Below, piece after piece: positions 10,901 to 20,006 of a DNA stretch of 64,000 bases (its first letter is position 1; the number at the start of each line of letters is the position of its first letter). Under the pieces are notes generated by a model. That model was not told the DNA's origin. It did not search any database and was given only the letters and a program-made list of their open reading frames with translations. The position numbers and the translations under genes are program-made. The DNA is from an uncultured Phocaeicola sp. (GTDB lineage Bacteria; Bacteroidota; Bacteroidia; Bacteroidales; Bacteroidaceae): the NCBI GenBank assembly GCA_944320605.1, contig CALUIE010000001.1, positions 24,191-88,190 on the forward strand. Direction: 5' to 3'.

Positions 10901-11830
10901 TTGGAATATTACCAGAAGGCATTAGAGATACAAAAAAACATCCATGGTGAGCAGCATCCGTCAGTGGCGACATCCTATAATAATATAGGATACGTATATT
11001 ATAATCATCACAGTGAATATACAAAAGCATTGGAATATTATCAAAAGGCATTGGAAATACAACTGAATATTTATGGCGAACAACACCCGGCTGTGGCGAC
11101 AAGCTATAATAATATTGGTTTAGTTTATGGCTCTCAAAGGGATTATGTCAAAGCATTGGAATATTACCGGAAATCGTTAGAAATAAAACTTATTATCTAT
11201 GGTGAGCAGCATCCTGACGTAGCTCTAAGTTACAATAACATTGGTTTTGCCCATTATTCACAAGGGAAGTATGAAACGGCTCTGGAATATTATCAGAAAG
11301 CATTGTCAATATGGCGAACTGTTTTCGGTGAGTTACATCCTCATGTTGCTTTAAGTTACAGCAATATAGGATACATATACAAATCTTTGGAAAATTACCA
11401 TGATGCCTTGAGTAATTTTAAAAAGTCATTATCCATATATTTGAAATTGTACGGAAATAATGATAAGAATGTGTTACATCTCAGTACCGTTATTTATAAT
11501 ATATATTGTTCATCACTGAAACAGTCTTCTAAATTAAAAGAAGAATTTGCCAACTTTATTTCCGACTACGCATATAGCCTGAAAATTGATGAACACGAGA
11601 CATATCTTCTTGAATTCAACAACTGGTCTATGGATTCTACTGAAAGTATTTTTGATCATAAACAGGATAAGCCCGTCGATATAGTTGTCATGGCATATAA
11701 CCAGATTATGGATTTCCATTTAGACAACATAGATGGCTGTGAGATAGGTTTGAAATTCGTTGGTAAAGAAGAAAAAGAACGTATATTAAAAGAATATAAC
11801 AGTTGGAAGAATAAACAACACTCAAAATGA
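7946..11830 (+). CDS. Secreted TPR protein 1 (signal peptide, beta-sandwich + coiled coil, about 20 x 42-aa TPRs, small C-terminal domain)
   Basis: MKRIFIFILL..SYA-Q signal peptide; repeated GEQHPDVAxSYNNIG..YxKALEYYQKAL. Confidence 0.92.
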   Translation: MKRIFIFILLSVSFFVSYAQTQSGYVRTLGRPDKKGEPLSGVSIRAKGEHNTVLSNEDGNFSLLLTGKKNGDAYSLQQVVKSGYELNESGVIGRPYAFSDKIPLTIVMVSTAQLQAEKIRIENNAYRVAENNYKLRLASLEKQREEKSITAEEYRKEIQNLQDRFEKYQSLISSLAEHYAHTDYDVLNETEREINLCIENGDLERADSLIHTLFNPVDVLKRNSESLARIDRNIRQANEIIRQANEDMAAVLKQQAKDAEYLYQLYTISLARFDNENAARYIETRAQLDTTNVEWQLEAGNFLREYLADYTKAMEYFRKALHHAMEQSGEQHQDVAYCYNDIGLVYYRQGNYTKALEFYEKALKILQTVYGDGNKNVAAILSNIGNIYTSQGNYEEALVYFDKALKIQLSILGEQHRNVATTYCNIGLVYEYQGKYVMALEYLEKALRIQQDILGEQNLDVSYSCSNIGSIYRSQGDYVKALEYFQKTLEIRKRILGDRHPEVASIYINIGVVYHNKGDYAKALEYYRMALEIQIIFLGEQHPDVASSYNNIGSVYNSQGNYANALEYYQKALEIELNIYGEQHPDVSLCYNNIASVYDSQGNYANALEYYQKALGIKLTVYGKQHPGISISYNNIGSIYSSQGDYPKALEYYQKALEIQLNIYGEQHPDVALSYNNIGGIYSSQGNYVKALEYYRKALEIRKVIFGEQHPDVALSYNNIGFVYSSQGDYIKALEYYQKALEIQLNIYGEQHPAVALSYNNIGGIYSSQGNYVKELEYYRKALEIRKNIYGEQHPDVASIYNNIGTVYIDQGNAVKGLEYLEKSLEIFQTVYGEQHPDVALIYNNIGNVYDTQGDYPKALEYYKKALDIRKVIFGEQHPDVATSYNNIGYVYDSQGDYPKALEYYQKALEIREKIHGEQHPDLTTSYNNIGCIYSSQGDNVKALEYYKKALEIQKNIHGEQHPSVATSYNNIGNVYDSQGDYVKALEYYQKALEIQKNIHGEQHPSVATSYNNIGYVYYNHHSEYTKALEYYQKALEIQLNIYGEQHPAVATSYNNIGLVYGSQRDYVKALEYYRKSLEIKLIIYGEQHPDVALSYNNIGFAHYSQGKYETALEYYQKALSIWRTVFGELHPHVALSYSNIGYIYKSLENYHDALSNFKKSLSIYLKLYGNNDKNVLHLSTVIYNIYCSSLKQSSKLKEEFANFISDYAYSLKIDEHETYLLEFNNWSMDSTESIFDHKQDKPVDIVVMAYNQIMDFHLDNIDGCEIGLKFVGKEEKERILKEYNSWKNKQHSK
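8000..8934 (+). repeat. 935-bp near-perfect direct repeat (copy 1) shared by TPR1 and TPR2
   Basis: Matches 11903-12837; only about 5 synonymous differences seen, all near the 3' end. Confidence 0.95.
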
Positions 11831-11836
11831 TGATTT

Positions 11837-14800
11837 ATGATTCGATTGAATAGAAAAATATCAGTTATAATAGCCGTAATAATCGGAATCCTCCAATGCG
11901 CGGCTCAGACACAATCCGGATATGTCAGGACATTGGGCCGTCCTGATAAAAAGGGAGAGCCCTTGAGTGGTGTGTCCATACGTGCAAAAGGAGAACATAA
12001 CACAGTGTTGAGCAACGAGGATGGCAATTTTTCTTTGTTGCTTACCGGCAAGAAGAATGGAGACGCATACTCCCTGCAACAGGTCGTGAAAAGCGGATAT
12101 GAGCTGAACGAGTCGGGTGTTATAGGCCGTCCGTATGCTTTCTCAGATAAAATCCCCCTCACCATCGTAATGGTTTCTACAGCCCAACTTCAGGCTGAAA
12201 AAATCAGGATAGAGAATAACGCGTACCGGGTTGCCGAAAACAACTACAAGCTCCGTCTTGCCTCTTTGGAGAAACAGAGAGAAGAAAAATCCATCACTGC
12301 GGAGGAGTACCGCAAAGAAATTCAGAACCTTCAGGACAGGTTCGAGAAGTACCAGTCACTGATAAGCAGTCTTGCCGAACACTATGCGCATACCGACTAT
12401 GATGTTCTTAATGAGACAGAGCGTGAGATCAATCTCTGCATAGAAAACGGCGATCTGGAGCGTGCCGACTCTCTGATACATACATTGTTCAATCCTGTTG
12501 ACGTCTTGAAACGCAACAGCGAGTCTCTGGCACGTATTGACCGGAATATCCGTCAGGCCAACGAGATTATCCGCCAGGCCAATGAGGACATGGCTGCCGT
12601 ATTGAAACAACAGGCTAAAGACGCTGAATACCTGTATCAGCTCTATACCATTTCGTTAGCCCGTTTTGACAATGAAAATGCTGCCCGGTATATTGAAACG
12701 AGAGCACAACTTGACACCACAAATGTGGAGTGGCAGTTAGAGGCCGGAAACTTCTTACGTGAATATTTGGCAGATTACACCAAGGCTATGGAGTATTTCC
12801 GGAAAGCACTGCACCATGCAATGGAACAGTCCGGCGATGAAAGTATGGATGTGGCAAGAAGCTATAATAATATAGGGCTTATCTATAATGATAAAGGAGA
12901 CTATGAAGAATCATTAAAATATTTTGAGAAAGCCATTGAAACAGGAATAAATATTCTCGGCAGCCAACACCCTACTCTATCAACAATTTACAGTAATATC
13001 GCTTTTATATATTATTCACAAGGGAACTATGATAAGGCTCTGGAATACAATCATAATGCATTATCCATTAGGCAAGCTGTTTTCGGCGAGCATCATCCTG
13101 ATGTGGCATCGAGTTATAATAATATAGGAAGTATATACGATTCACAGGGAAATTACGGGAAGGCTTTGGAATGTTTCCGTAAAGCATTATCAATATGGCA
13201 AACTGTTTTTGGCGAACAAAATCCTTATGTGGCGAAAAACTATAATAATATAGGTCTTGCGTATTTCAATCAAGGTGATTATAGTACAGCTTTGGAATAT
13301 TACCAGAAATCATTATCCATTCTGCAAACTGTTTTCAGCGAACATCATCCTGTTGTGGCAACGAGTTATAATAATATAGGACGTATATATGATTCACAAG
13401 GAAACTATAAGAAAGCTCTTGAATATTGTCGTAAAGCATTATCCATTCAGCAAGCTGTTTTCGGTGAGCAGCATTCTGATGTGGCAACGAGCTATAATAA
13501 TATGGGAGGTACCTATTTTTCACAAGGAAACCATGAGAAAGCTATTGAATATTGTCATAAAGCATTGTCTATTCAGCAAGCTGTTTTCGGTGAACATCAT
13601 CCTGATGTGGCATCGAGCTATAATAATATAGGAAGTATTTATTATTCACAAGGAAAGTGTGAAAAGGCTTTGCAATATTATCTGAAATCATTATCAATAC
13701 GTTTATCTGTTTTCGGCGAGCAACATCCTAATGTAGCAACGAGCTATAATAACATAGGAGGTATCTATGATTCATAAGGGAACTATGACAAGGCATTGGA
13801 ATATTATCGTAAGGCATTATCCATTCAGCAAGTCGTTTTCGGCGAGCAGCATCCTGATGTGGCAAGAAGCTATAATAACATAGGAGGTATCTATGATTCA
13901 CAAGGGAACTATGATAAGGCATTGGAATATTATCGTAAAGCATTATCCATTCAGCAAGCTGTTTTCGGCGAGCAGCATCCTGATGTGGCATTGAGCTATA
14001 ATAATATTGGTATTGCCTATTATTCACAAATGAACTATGGTAAAGCATTGGAATATTATCAGAAAGCGTTGTCAATACGTTTGTCTGTTCTCGGCGAGCA
14101 GCATCCGGATGTGGCAGCGAGCTATAATAATATTGGTTATTTATGTTGTTCACTAAGGAACTATGATAAAGCCTTGAGTTATTTACAAAAGGCATTATCC
14201 ATTCAGCAAGTTGTTTTCGGTGAACATCATCCTAATGTGGCAATGAGTTATAATAATATCGCTTCTACATATTCCAATATAGGTAATTATAGTTCTGCAT
14301 TGGAATACCATCAGAAATCTTTGGATATAAAACTTATTATCTATGGCGAGAGACATCATGATGTGGCAAGAAGTTATAATAATATTGGTTATGTATATGA
14401 TTTACAAGGGAAGTATGAAACGGCTTTGGAATATTATCAAAAGGCATTGTCAATATGGCGAACTGTTCTCGGCGAACAAAATCCGGATGTCGCATTGAGC
14501 TATAGTAACATAGGATTAGCATACAATTCTATGGGGAATTACCCTAAGGCCTTGAGTAATTTACAAAAGGCATTATCCATATATTTGAATCTTTATGGAA
14601 ATAATGACGCTAATGTGCTACATCTCAGTACCGTTATTTATAATACATATTATTCGTCACTGAAACAGTCTTCTAAATTAAAAAAAGAATTCAAGAAGTT
14701 TATTTCCGACTACGCATATACACTTATCATAGATAAAGAAGACAAGTACTATCTGATAGAATATAATAACTGGCATTTGGATTCAGAGGAAAATATTTTT

Positions 14801-14977
14801 GACCATTATCAAGAGTATAAACCGGCAGACATAGTTATTATGCATAATGGTAAGTTCGGAAAGTTCCATTCAGATAATACCAAAGGCTGTGAGATAGGTT
14901 TGAAATACGTTGGTAAGGAAGAAAAACGACGTATTGTCAATGCTTATAAAGAATGGAAAAACAAACAAAATCAGTAA
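11837..14977 (+). pseudogene. Secreted TPR protein 2 (about 14 TPRs) interrupted by an in-frame TAA at 13775-13777
   Basis: ORFs 11837-13777 and 13796-14977 share a frame; the next repeat has CAA at the equivalent position (13901). Confidence 0.88.
11903..12837 (+). repeat. 935-bp direct repeat (copy 2)
   Basis: Matches 8000-8934. Confidence 0.95.
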
Positions 14978-14979
14978 TT

Positions 14980-15948
14980 ATGAATGTATTAATGAAGAAA
15001 ATATTAACCTTTGCGGCAGTCGCCTTCGTCACTGTGCAGAGTATGGCACAAGTACAGCAAGGGCTGGTAAAAACTATTGGTCGTCCCAATAAACCCGGTG
15101 TTGTTCTTGCGGATGTGATGATTCGTGTCCGTGGACTGGTAAATTCCGTTATCTCCTCCCCCGACGGCAGTTTCCGTGTGTCCGCTCCCAATAAGAAAGA
15201 TGGAGACGACATAGTTATAATCAGCGTGCAGAAAAGAGGTTACGAGTTGAAAGACAAGGAACTGATTGGCCGTAAATTAGTGTTCTCATCACAAGTCCCC
15301 ATAGAAATGGTAATGATAGATTTAAGACAGCTTGCCGCCGACAAAGAACGGATTGAGAAAAAAGCCTATGAAGTGGCGGAAAAGAACTATCAGAAGAAAA
15401 AGGAGGAAATTGAGAATCAGATAAAGAATAATGAAATCTCGGCAGAGAATTACCGGCAGCAACTGCAAACGCTGCAGGCCAATTATGAGAAATACATATC
15501 GCTGATTGGCGATATGGCAGAACGTTACGCCCGTACTGATTACGACAAGCTTGATTCCATTGATTATAAAATCAATCTATGTATTGAAAATGGCGAATTA
15601 GACAAAGCCGACTCGCTTATCCACACCGTCTTCGACCCTGAAACAGTACTGGAGCGAAACCGTTCGGCAAAGGCTGAGATTCAACAACGTATCGCGTTTG
15701 CCCAAAGTGTCATCGATAAGGCAAATGCCGATAAGGAGGCGATAAAACGTGATAAAGAGTATGCTGAACGTATTATTCAGCTTTGCGACAGGCTGTATAA
15801 AGAATATCTTATTGTAGAAGATTATCAAAAAGCCATAGATTGTCTTAATAAATCCCTTGAGATTAAAACAATCATCTATGGTAAAGAGAATGAAAAGACA
15901 AAAGAGACCATTAATAAGATAGACTCTCTGAAAAACAACTCTTTGTAA
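14980..15948 (+). CDS. Secreted TPR-family protein 3 (shared N-terminal domain, about one TPR)
   Basis: Signal peptide MKKILTF..SMA-Q (ATG 14980 or 14992); QQGLVKTIGRPNKPG and INLCIENGELDKADSLIHT homologous to TPR1/2. Confidence 0.85.
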   Translation: MNVLMKKILTFAAVAFVTVQSMAQVQQGLVKTIGRPNKPGVVLADVMIRVRGLVNSVISSPDGSFRVSAPNKKDGDDIVIISVQKRGYELKDKELIGRKLVFSSQVPIEMVMIDLRQLAADKERIEKKAYEVAEKNYQKKKEEIENQIKNNEISAENYRQQLQTLQANYEKYISLIGDMAERYARTDYDKLDSIDYKINLCIENGELDKADSLIHTVFDPETVLERNRSAKAEIQQRIAFAQSVIDKANADKEAIKRDKEYAERIIQLCDRLYKEYLIVEDYQKAIDCLNKSLEIKTIIYGKENEKTKETINKIDSLKNNSL

Positions 15949-16077
15949 GAGTTATTTTGTGTCATCTTAGAGTTTCGTTCTTATTATAGGAAATGACTTG
16001 TGTACACAAATATGTACATATATTTGTTTATTACTAAAAAAACAGTTACCTTTGCATTAGAAAAAAACAAATTAATT

Positions 16078-16329
16078 ATGGCAACATTGACAGTAAAAGA
16101 TTTCAGAAGCAATTTAGCGGCATCATTTGATAAGGCTGCCAATAATGAGAATGTCTTTATTCGCCGCAAAAACGAAATTTACGCTCTTGTAAAGATAGGT
16201 AATGACGATCTTATGCTGACACCGGAAATGCAAGAACGTATCAAAGAAGTGGAAAAATCATGTCGGGACGGACTTTGTGTTACATGTAGCACAAAGGAAG
16301 ATTTGGATTCTTATCTTGATTCTCTCTGA
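16078..16329 (+). CDS. Phd/YefM-like antitoxin
   Basis: LTVKDFRSNLAASFDKA..VFIRR; overlaps the toxin start; TACCTTTG box near 16047. Confidence 0.8.
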   Translation: MATLTVKDFRSNLAASFDKAANNENVFIRRKNEIYALVKIGNDDLMLTPEMQERIKEVEKSCRDGLCVTCSTKEDLDSYLDSL

Positions 16330-16601
16330 TGTACACCATTAAATTTGACCGAAAAATTGAAAAGGTCCTAAAAAAGTGGAAAAAGTCCAATCCGGTTCTT
16401 TTCAAGAAACTTGGCAAGGTTTTGGCTGATATAATGGAGCATCCTCGTACAGGGATAGGACATCCCGAAGCATTGATTGGTGGAGAAGATGTAATATATT
16501 CAAGACATATATCGGCATATGACAGGATTATTTACCGTATTTATGATGATGAGGTGTATGTACTCGTAATTGAAATAGAGGGACATTACGATGATAAATA
16601 A
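16329..16601 (+). CDS. Txe/YoeB family toxin
   Basis: HPRTGIGHPEAL..YSRHI...DRIIY..GHY. Confidence 0.9.
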   Translation: MYTIKFDRKIEKVLKKWKKSNPVLFKKLGKVLADIMEHPRTGIGHPEALIGGEDVIYSRHISAYDRIIYRIYDDEVYVLVIEIEGHYDDK

Positions 16602-16610
16602 GATACTCCC

Positions 16611-16650
16611 GAAACGCCCTGTCGTTTTAATCAAAACGACAGGGCGTTTC
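16611..16650. terminator. Perfect hairpin between convergent genes, with a further partial 22-nt-period copy
   Basis: GAAACGCCCTGTCGTTTT/AAAACGACAGGGCGTTTC. Confidence 0.8.
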
Positions 16651-16721
16651 AAGTCGAATGACAAGGCGTTTTCCTGACGGCGTTTTTGCGCCGGTTTCCG
16701 TGCTTGGAGTGCTCACAGTGC

Positions 16722-19163
16722 TCATTTTTCCCCTATAGACATTCTTTTCAGTTTATCTTTCTTCTTGAATCCGTTGTCAACCTTTGATAATAAGTCACTT
16801 AGCACATATTTGTCTAATGCCCTCCTTGCCGCCGAGACATTCGAACCGGCCTTCACGGCAGCGTCTCTGAACTCGTAATACCTGAATGTGTTCTTCATAC
16901 TTTTCAGCACCGGCAGCAGCTTGTAGAAATTGCTTATTTTCTTTCTTGCCGGGATACCCGCTATCATGGTAGATATGTGTGTGGAATGCCCCATCCCGGT
17001 CAATATTATCTTCATTGCCGTGTCGAAATCCTCGTCCGTGCAGGTATATTCCGTCATCTGCCATCCGGCTTCCATAATTCTCAGTCCGCACAGCACCATT
17101 GCCACCCTTATCATTATAAGTCCGGCACGTTTCACTATTGCCGCCGAATTCGGACTGTCCTCCGCTGCTATCATTCCCAGTTCCTCCTGAAATGTTTCCG
17201 CGTGTCTGTCCCACTGTTCCCTGGTGAAGTTTATCATCACTTCCTTTCCCCTGGTATTGAAGAAGTTAACCTTCAGCTTTTCCGCCAGACTTCCGAACAG
17301 CTCCTTTACGTCGATGTCCCCTGCCCCGTCTAACGGCGACTGTGATTTCCAGTTGTACGTGGGACTCATCATGTAGAACAGGAAACGGCTGTACATTCCG
17401 TTTTCCATGTTTTTTATGAACCTCACCAACTGTTCCGGTGTACCGGCCATCAGCAGTGCCAGCCTTGGGTTCTCTATCACTACAGGGTCTTTGTCCGTCT
17501 TGTACCTCTGCCCCACTTGCTCGTGGTGGAAGAACATTCTAAGCTCGGCGGTGTGTTTGCCATAGTCTGTGTTGAGCGATTCCGCCAGCGAGTCAATCTC
17601 CGAAGTCACCATTATGGCACCGTCGTCCTTTGCCGTCATCATATCCTTCAGAATCTGGCTTTTCGACGTGTTTGGCTGCAATATGAACATTTGCCTTGCA
17701 GGTTCCTCCGGTTTAAGGTCTATGTCCGGCAGCCTCTTCTCCTTGAAAGCGTTTCTTACTTCCATTTCCCATTCCAGGAGTTTTCTGTCATATCCCTTTT
17801 TCTCGGCACGGTATATTTTCTCGAACTCCCCGCTCACTCTTGTGCCTAAGGTAGTGGCATACATGGCCGCACCCTTACCGGCTCCTGCTTCAGCCACAAA
17901 GCACATATACAGGTGAGGCGAATACTTTTGGTTGCCATATATTGTCCTCAGTGCCGGAAACATACCGCTCAGTACGGTTATCGACGACAGTAGTATGACG
18001 TCCCTTTCCCTCTTGTCCTTTGCTATCACCAGAAGGTCGGCAAGCTCCTTCGGCAGACGGCTGAAAATCTCGTCCGGCAGAGTGGAGCAATATTTGTTTA
18101 TCAATTCGTCCTCATCTGCCTCCTCTTCTGTAAAGCCTTGATTATCTGCATTTTCCCGCATTTTATCTGTGGAAAGAAAGTTCATAGGCAAAAAATGAGC
18201 ACAGTGAGCACTCCCGGATGTGTTTTTCCCACCTTCCTCCCCGTGGTTATACCCCCACACCACGGCGTTTCTCACCTCCTTTTCCGGCATCCCAGGCTGT
18301 ACCGCACGCGCGCACGCCTTACTCACAGCCTCGTCAAGCTGCCACGGTTCTACGCCACGCCATCGCAGATACCCTCCAAGGCGTAGCAGAGTGCGGTGGC
18401 GGCTTCCCTCCGTGTAACTGTTCACGCTGAAGAAACGGTCTGTCACAGCCCCCGTGTCCACTCCTGCCGTGCCATTGTTATGCCCCTTTCTTGCCATGGC
18501 GGAAGCGGCATCTTTCTTTGTCTCATGGCCATACACGCTGTCCGGGATGCGGAAGTCCTCCGATGTGTCCGGTCCCGATACAGGTACATACTTCAGCGGA
18601 TTGCTCCCCTCTCCATAGTCGAACACCTCCGCCAGCGGATTATAATAAATCTGCGGGTCGTACGATGCCAGACTCGTACGCGCGAAGTCCTTGCACTGCA
18701 TGTCAGGCTCCATTCCCGTCATTGCCTTCAGATGTTCCGCCACCCTCTCGTACGCGTCACGATACACGTCTATGTGTACCTTGCCTATGTTCACCACTAT
18801 CCGCAGTCCCCTTCCCGACGATGTCACGTGTATCATCACCACCCAGGGGCATACCGTTATCAGGTCACGTGCAGCCGTAATCTGCTTCTCCTGCAGGTTG
18901 TCGAAGTCGAACATCGCCCATCCCGTCCTGTCCGTGGTCTTGGCATAGAACCGTCCGCGTCGGCAGTCTCCCGCAAACACCACAGCAGGCAGCTTCATCT
19001 TCAGGGCAGAGGCGTCATCCTTTCTGCCCTCCGCCACACAGGTACGGATCTGCTCCACCAAAGTTTTATACTTGCCATCCCTGATGGCTTCCATCCATTC
19101 GCCGGCGTCAATCACGCCCGTAGCCTCCTTGCTGTAGAGACTTGAAAATTCTGTAATATTCAT
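16722..19163 (-). CDS. Primase-helicase (BT4734/VirE N-terminal primase-like, PriCT-like and DUF3987 helicase domains), copy 1
   Basis: KMKLPAV, FDFD, HVTSSGRGLR, CKDFAR..SYDP; Walker A AEAGAGKG; SEID; NGMYSRFLFY. Confidence 0.88.
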   Translation of the reverse strand: MNITEFSSLYSKEATGVIDAGEWMEAIRDGKYKTLVEQIRTCVAEGRKDDASALKMKLPAVVFAGDCRRGRFYAKTTDRTGWAMFDFDNLQEKQITAARDLITVCPWVVMIHVTSSGRGLRIVVNIGKVHIDVYRDAYERVAEHLKAMTGMEPDMQCKDFARTSLASYDPQIYYNPLAEVFDYGEGSNPLKYVPVSGPDTSEDFRIPDSVYGHETKKDAASAMARKGHNNGTAGVDTGAVTDRFFSVNSYTEGSRHRTLLRLGGYLRWRGVEPWQLDEAVSKACARAVQPGMPEKEVRNAVVWGYNHGEEGGKNTSGSAHCAHFLPMNFLSTDKMRENADNQGFTEEEADEDELINKYCSTLPDEIFSRLPKELADLLVIAKDKRERDVILLSSITVLSGMFPALRTIYGNQKYSPHLYMCFVAEAGAGKGAAMYATTLGTRVSGEFEKIYRAEKKGYDRKLLEWEMEVRNAFKEKRLPDIDLKPEEPARQMFILQPNTSKSQILKDMMTAKDDGAIMVTSEIDSLAESLNTDYGKHTAELRMFFHHEQVGQRYKTDKDPVVIENPRLALLMAGTPEQLVRFIKNMENGMYSRFLFYMMSPTYNWKSQSPLDGAGDIDVKELFGSLAEKLKVNFFNTRGKEVMINFTREQWDRHAETFQEELGMIAAEDSPNSAAIVKRAGLIMIRVAMVLCGLRIMEAGWQMTEYTCTDEDFDTAMKIILTGMGHSTHISTMIAGIPARKKISNFYKLLPVLKSMKNTFRYYEFRDAAVKAGSNVSAARRALDKYVLSDLLSKVDNGFKKKDKLKRMSIGEK

Positions 19164-19228
19164 TGGTTTTTAAGTTGTTGGTTTTTAGTTAACGAGTTAA
19201 CGAATTGACAAGTTGACGAGGGAAAAGA

Positions 19229-19306
19229 AATTAATAATTAATAATTAATAATTAAGAGTGATAGTTTTTTCTTCATTTTTAATTTTTAATTTTTAATTTT
19301 TCATTC
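19229..19306. repeat. Inverted pair of heptamer arrays, with GTT(A/G)AC(G/A)A octamers just upstream
   Basis: (AATTAAT)n ... (TTTTTAA)n; octamers at about 19188-19220. Confidence 0.7.
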
Positions 19307-19557
19307 AAAAAAGCCTTGTCAACTTTTAAAAGTATTACAAAATTACTCCCCTTTATCTTCCCTTCCAAATGTTAAAAACCGCCGTTTTTTCTCCCCTTAA
19401 GTCCCCTTTCAGGTACTTCCTGTCCGCATATATCCTCTTTCCGTATGTCAAAATATTTCATTCTTAACTGTTGTTAAATTTAATATTTTTCTTATATTTG
19501 TCTGAATAAACACTTTAAAATCTCATTTTATGGAAAAAAATTTTGTCTGTAGGCACA

Positions 19558-19704
19558 ATGTGCATGTTCATCGAGTTGATAACCAAAGTCCTTTATTTCC
19601 GTAAGTGCGAGAACCGTCTCAGCAAGTCGGACATTATTAAGCTGCGCCGCCATATCCGTCAGCTTCACCACTGCATAGAGGAAATCGGCAGGCGTATGGA
19701 GTAA
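19558..19704 (+). CDS. Unannotated 48-aa basic protein, divergent from primase-helicase copy 1
   Basis: MCMFIELITKVLYFRKCENRLSKSDIIKLRRHIRQLHHCIEEIGRRME; ungapped homolog at 26230-26403 (-). Confidence 0.6.
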   Translation: MCMFIELITKVLYFRKCENRLSKSDIIKLRRHIRQLHHCIEEIGRRME

Positions 19705-19796
19705 AGAACCTGTAACAAAACCTTGTAAAGCGTAAAGAAACACGCCTATTTCCTAAAATATCCACACTAACGCCTGTATTTTATAGATATATTGCT

Positions 19797-19886
19797 TATC
19801 TTTGCATAAGATAGGCTGCACCTTGGAATCAAAAGTTTGAAAACTGTGTTTTCGCTTTGTGCTTCTCTCGGTTTGCACTATCTTTG
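19797..19886 (+). repeat. Short hairpin element bounded by duplicated TATCTTTG promoter boxes (copy B)
   Basis: TATCTTTG..AAGATAGGCTG..GGAAT..CTCG..CTATCTTTG. Confidence 0.6.
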
Positions 19887-19960
19887 TCCATCGTTACGTT
19901 TAAAAATCAGGCCTTTCTGCACGTCCGTATCCCTTTTCAGGATATTACTGGATGTGACAA

Positions 19961-19976
19961 GTAGCCGCGAAGCGTG
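19961..19976 (+). promoter_or_regulatory. ops-like leader element GTAGCCGCGAAGCGTG
   Basis: Identical 16-mer at 33536 and 35018, each in a 5' leader; contains the GCGAAGC mini-hairpin. Confidence 0.6.
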
Positions 19977-20006
19977 TCAGGAAACAAAAAAAACAGAACA
20001 GCAATT

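Noticed and set aside
13775-13777. Stop-codon reassignment or programmed readthrough
   Set aside because: TAA terminates many normal genes here; a single C-to-T change explains it
8935-14600. Diversity-generating retroelement acting on the TPR repeats
   Set aside because: No reverse transcriptase and no template/variable repeat pair; differences are not adenine-specific
18396-19145. Long antisense ORFs over the primase-helicase and Rpn genes (also 26711-27421, 1749-2381)
   Set aside because: Shadow frames of GC-richer coding genes with no recognisable motifs
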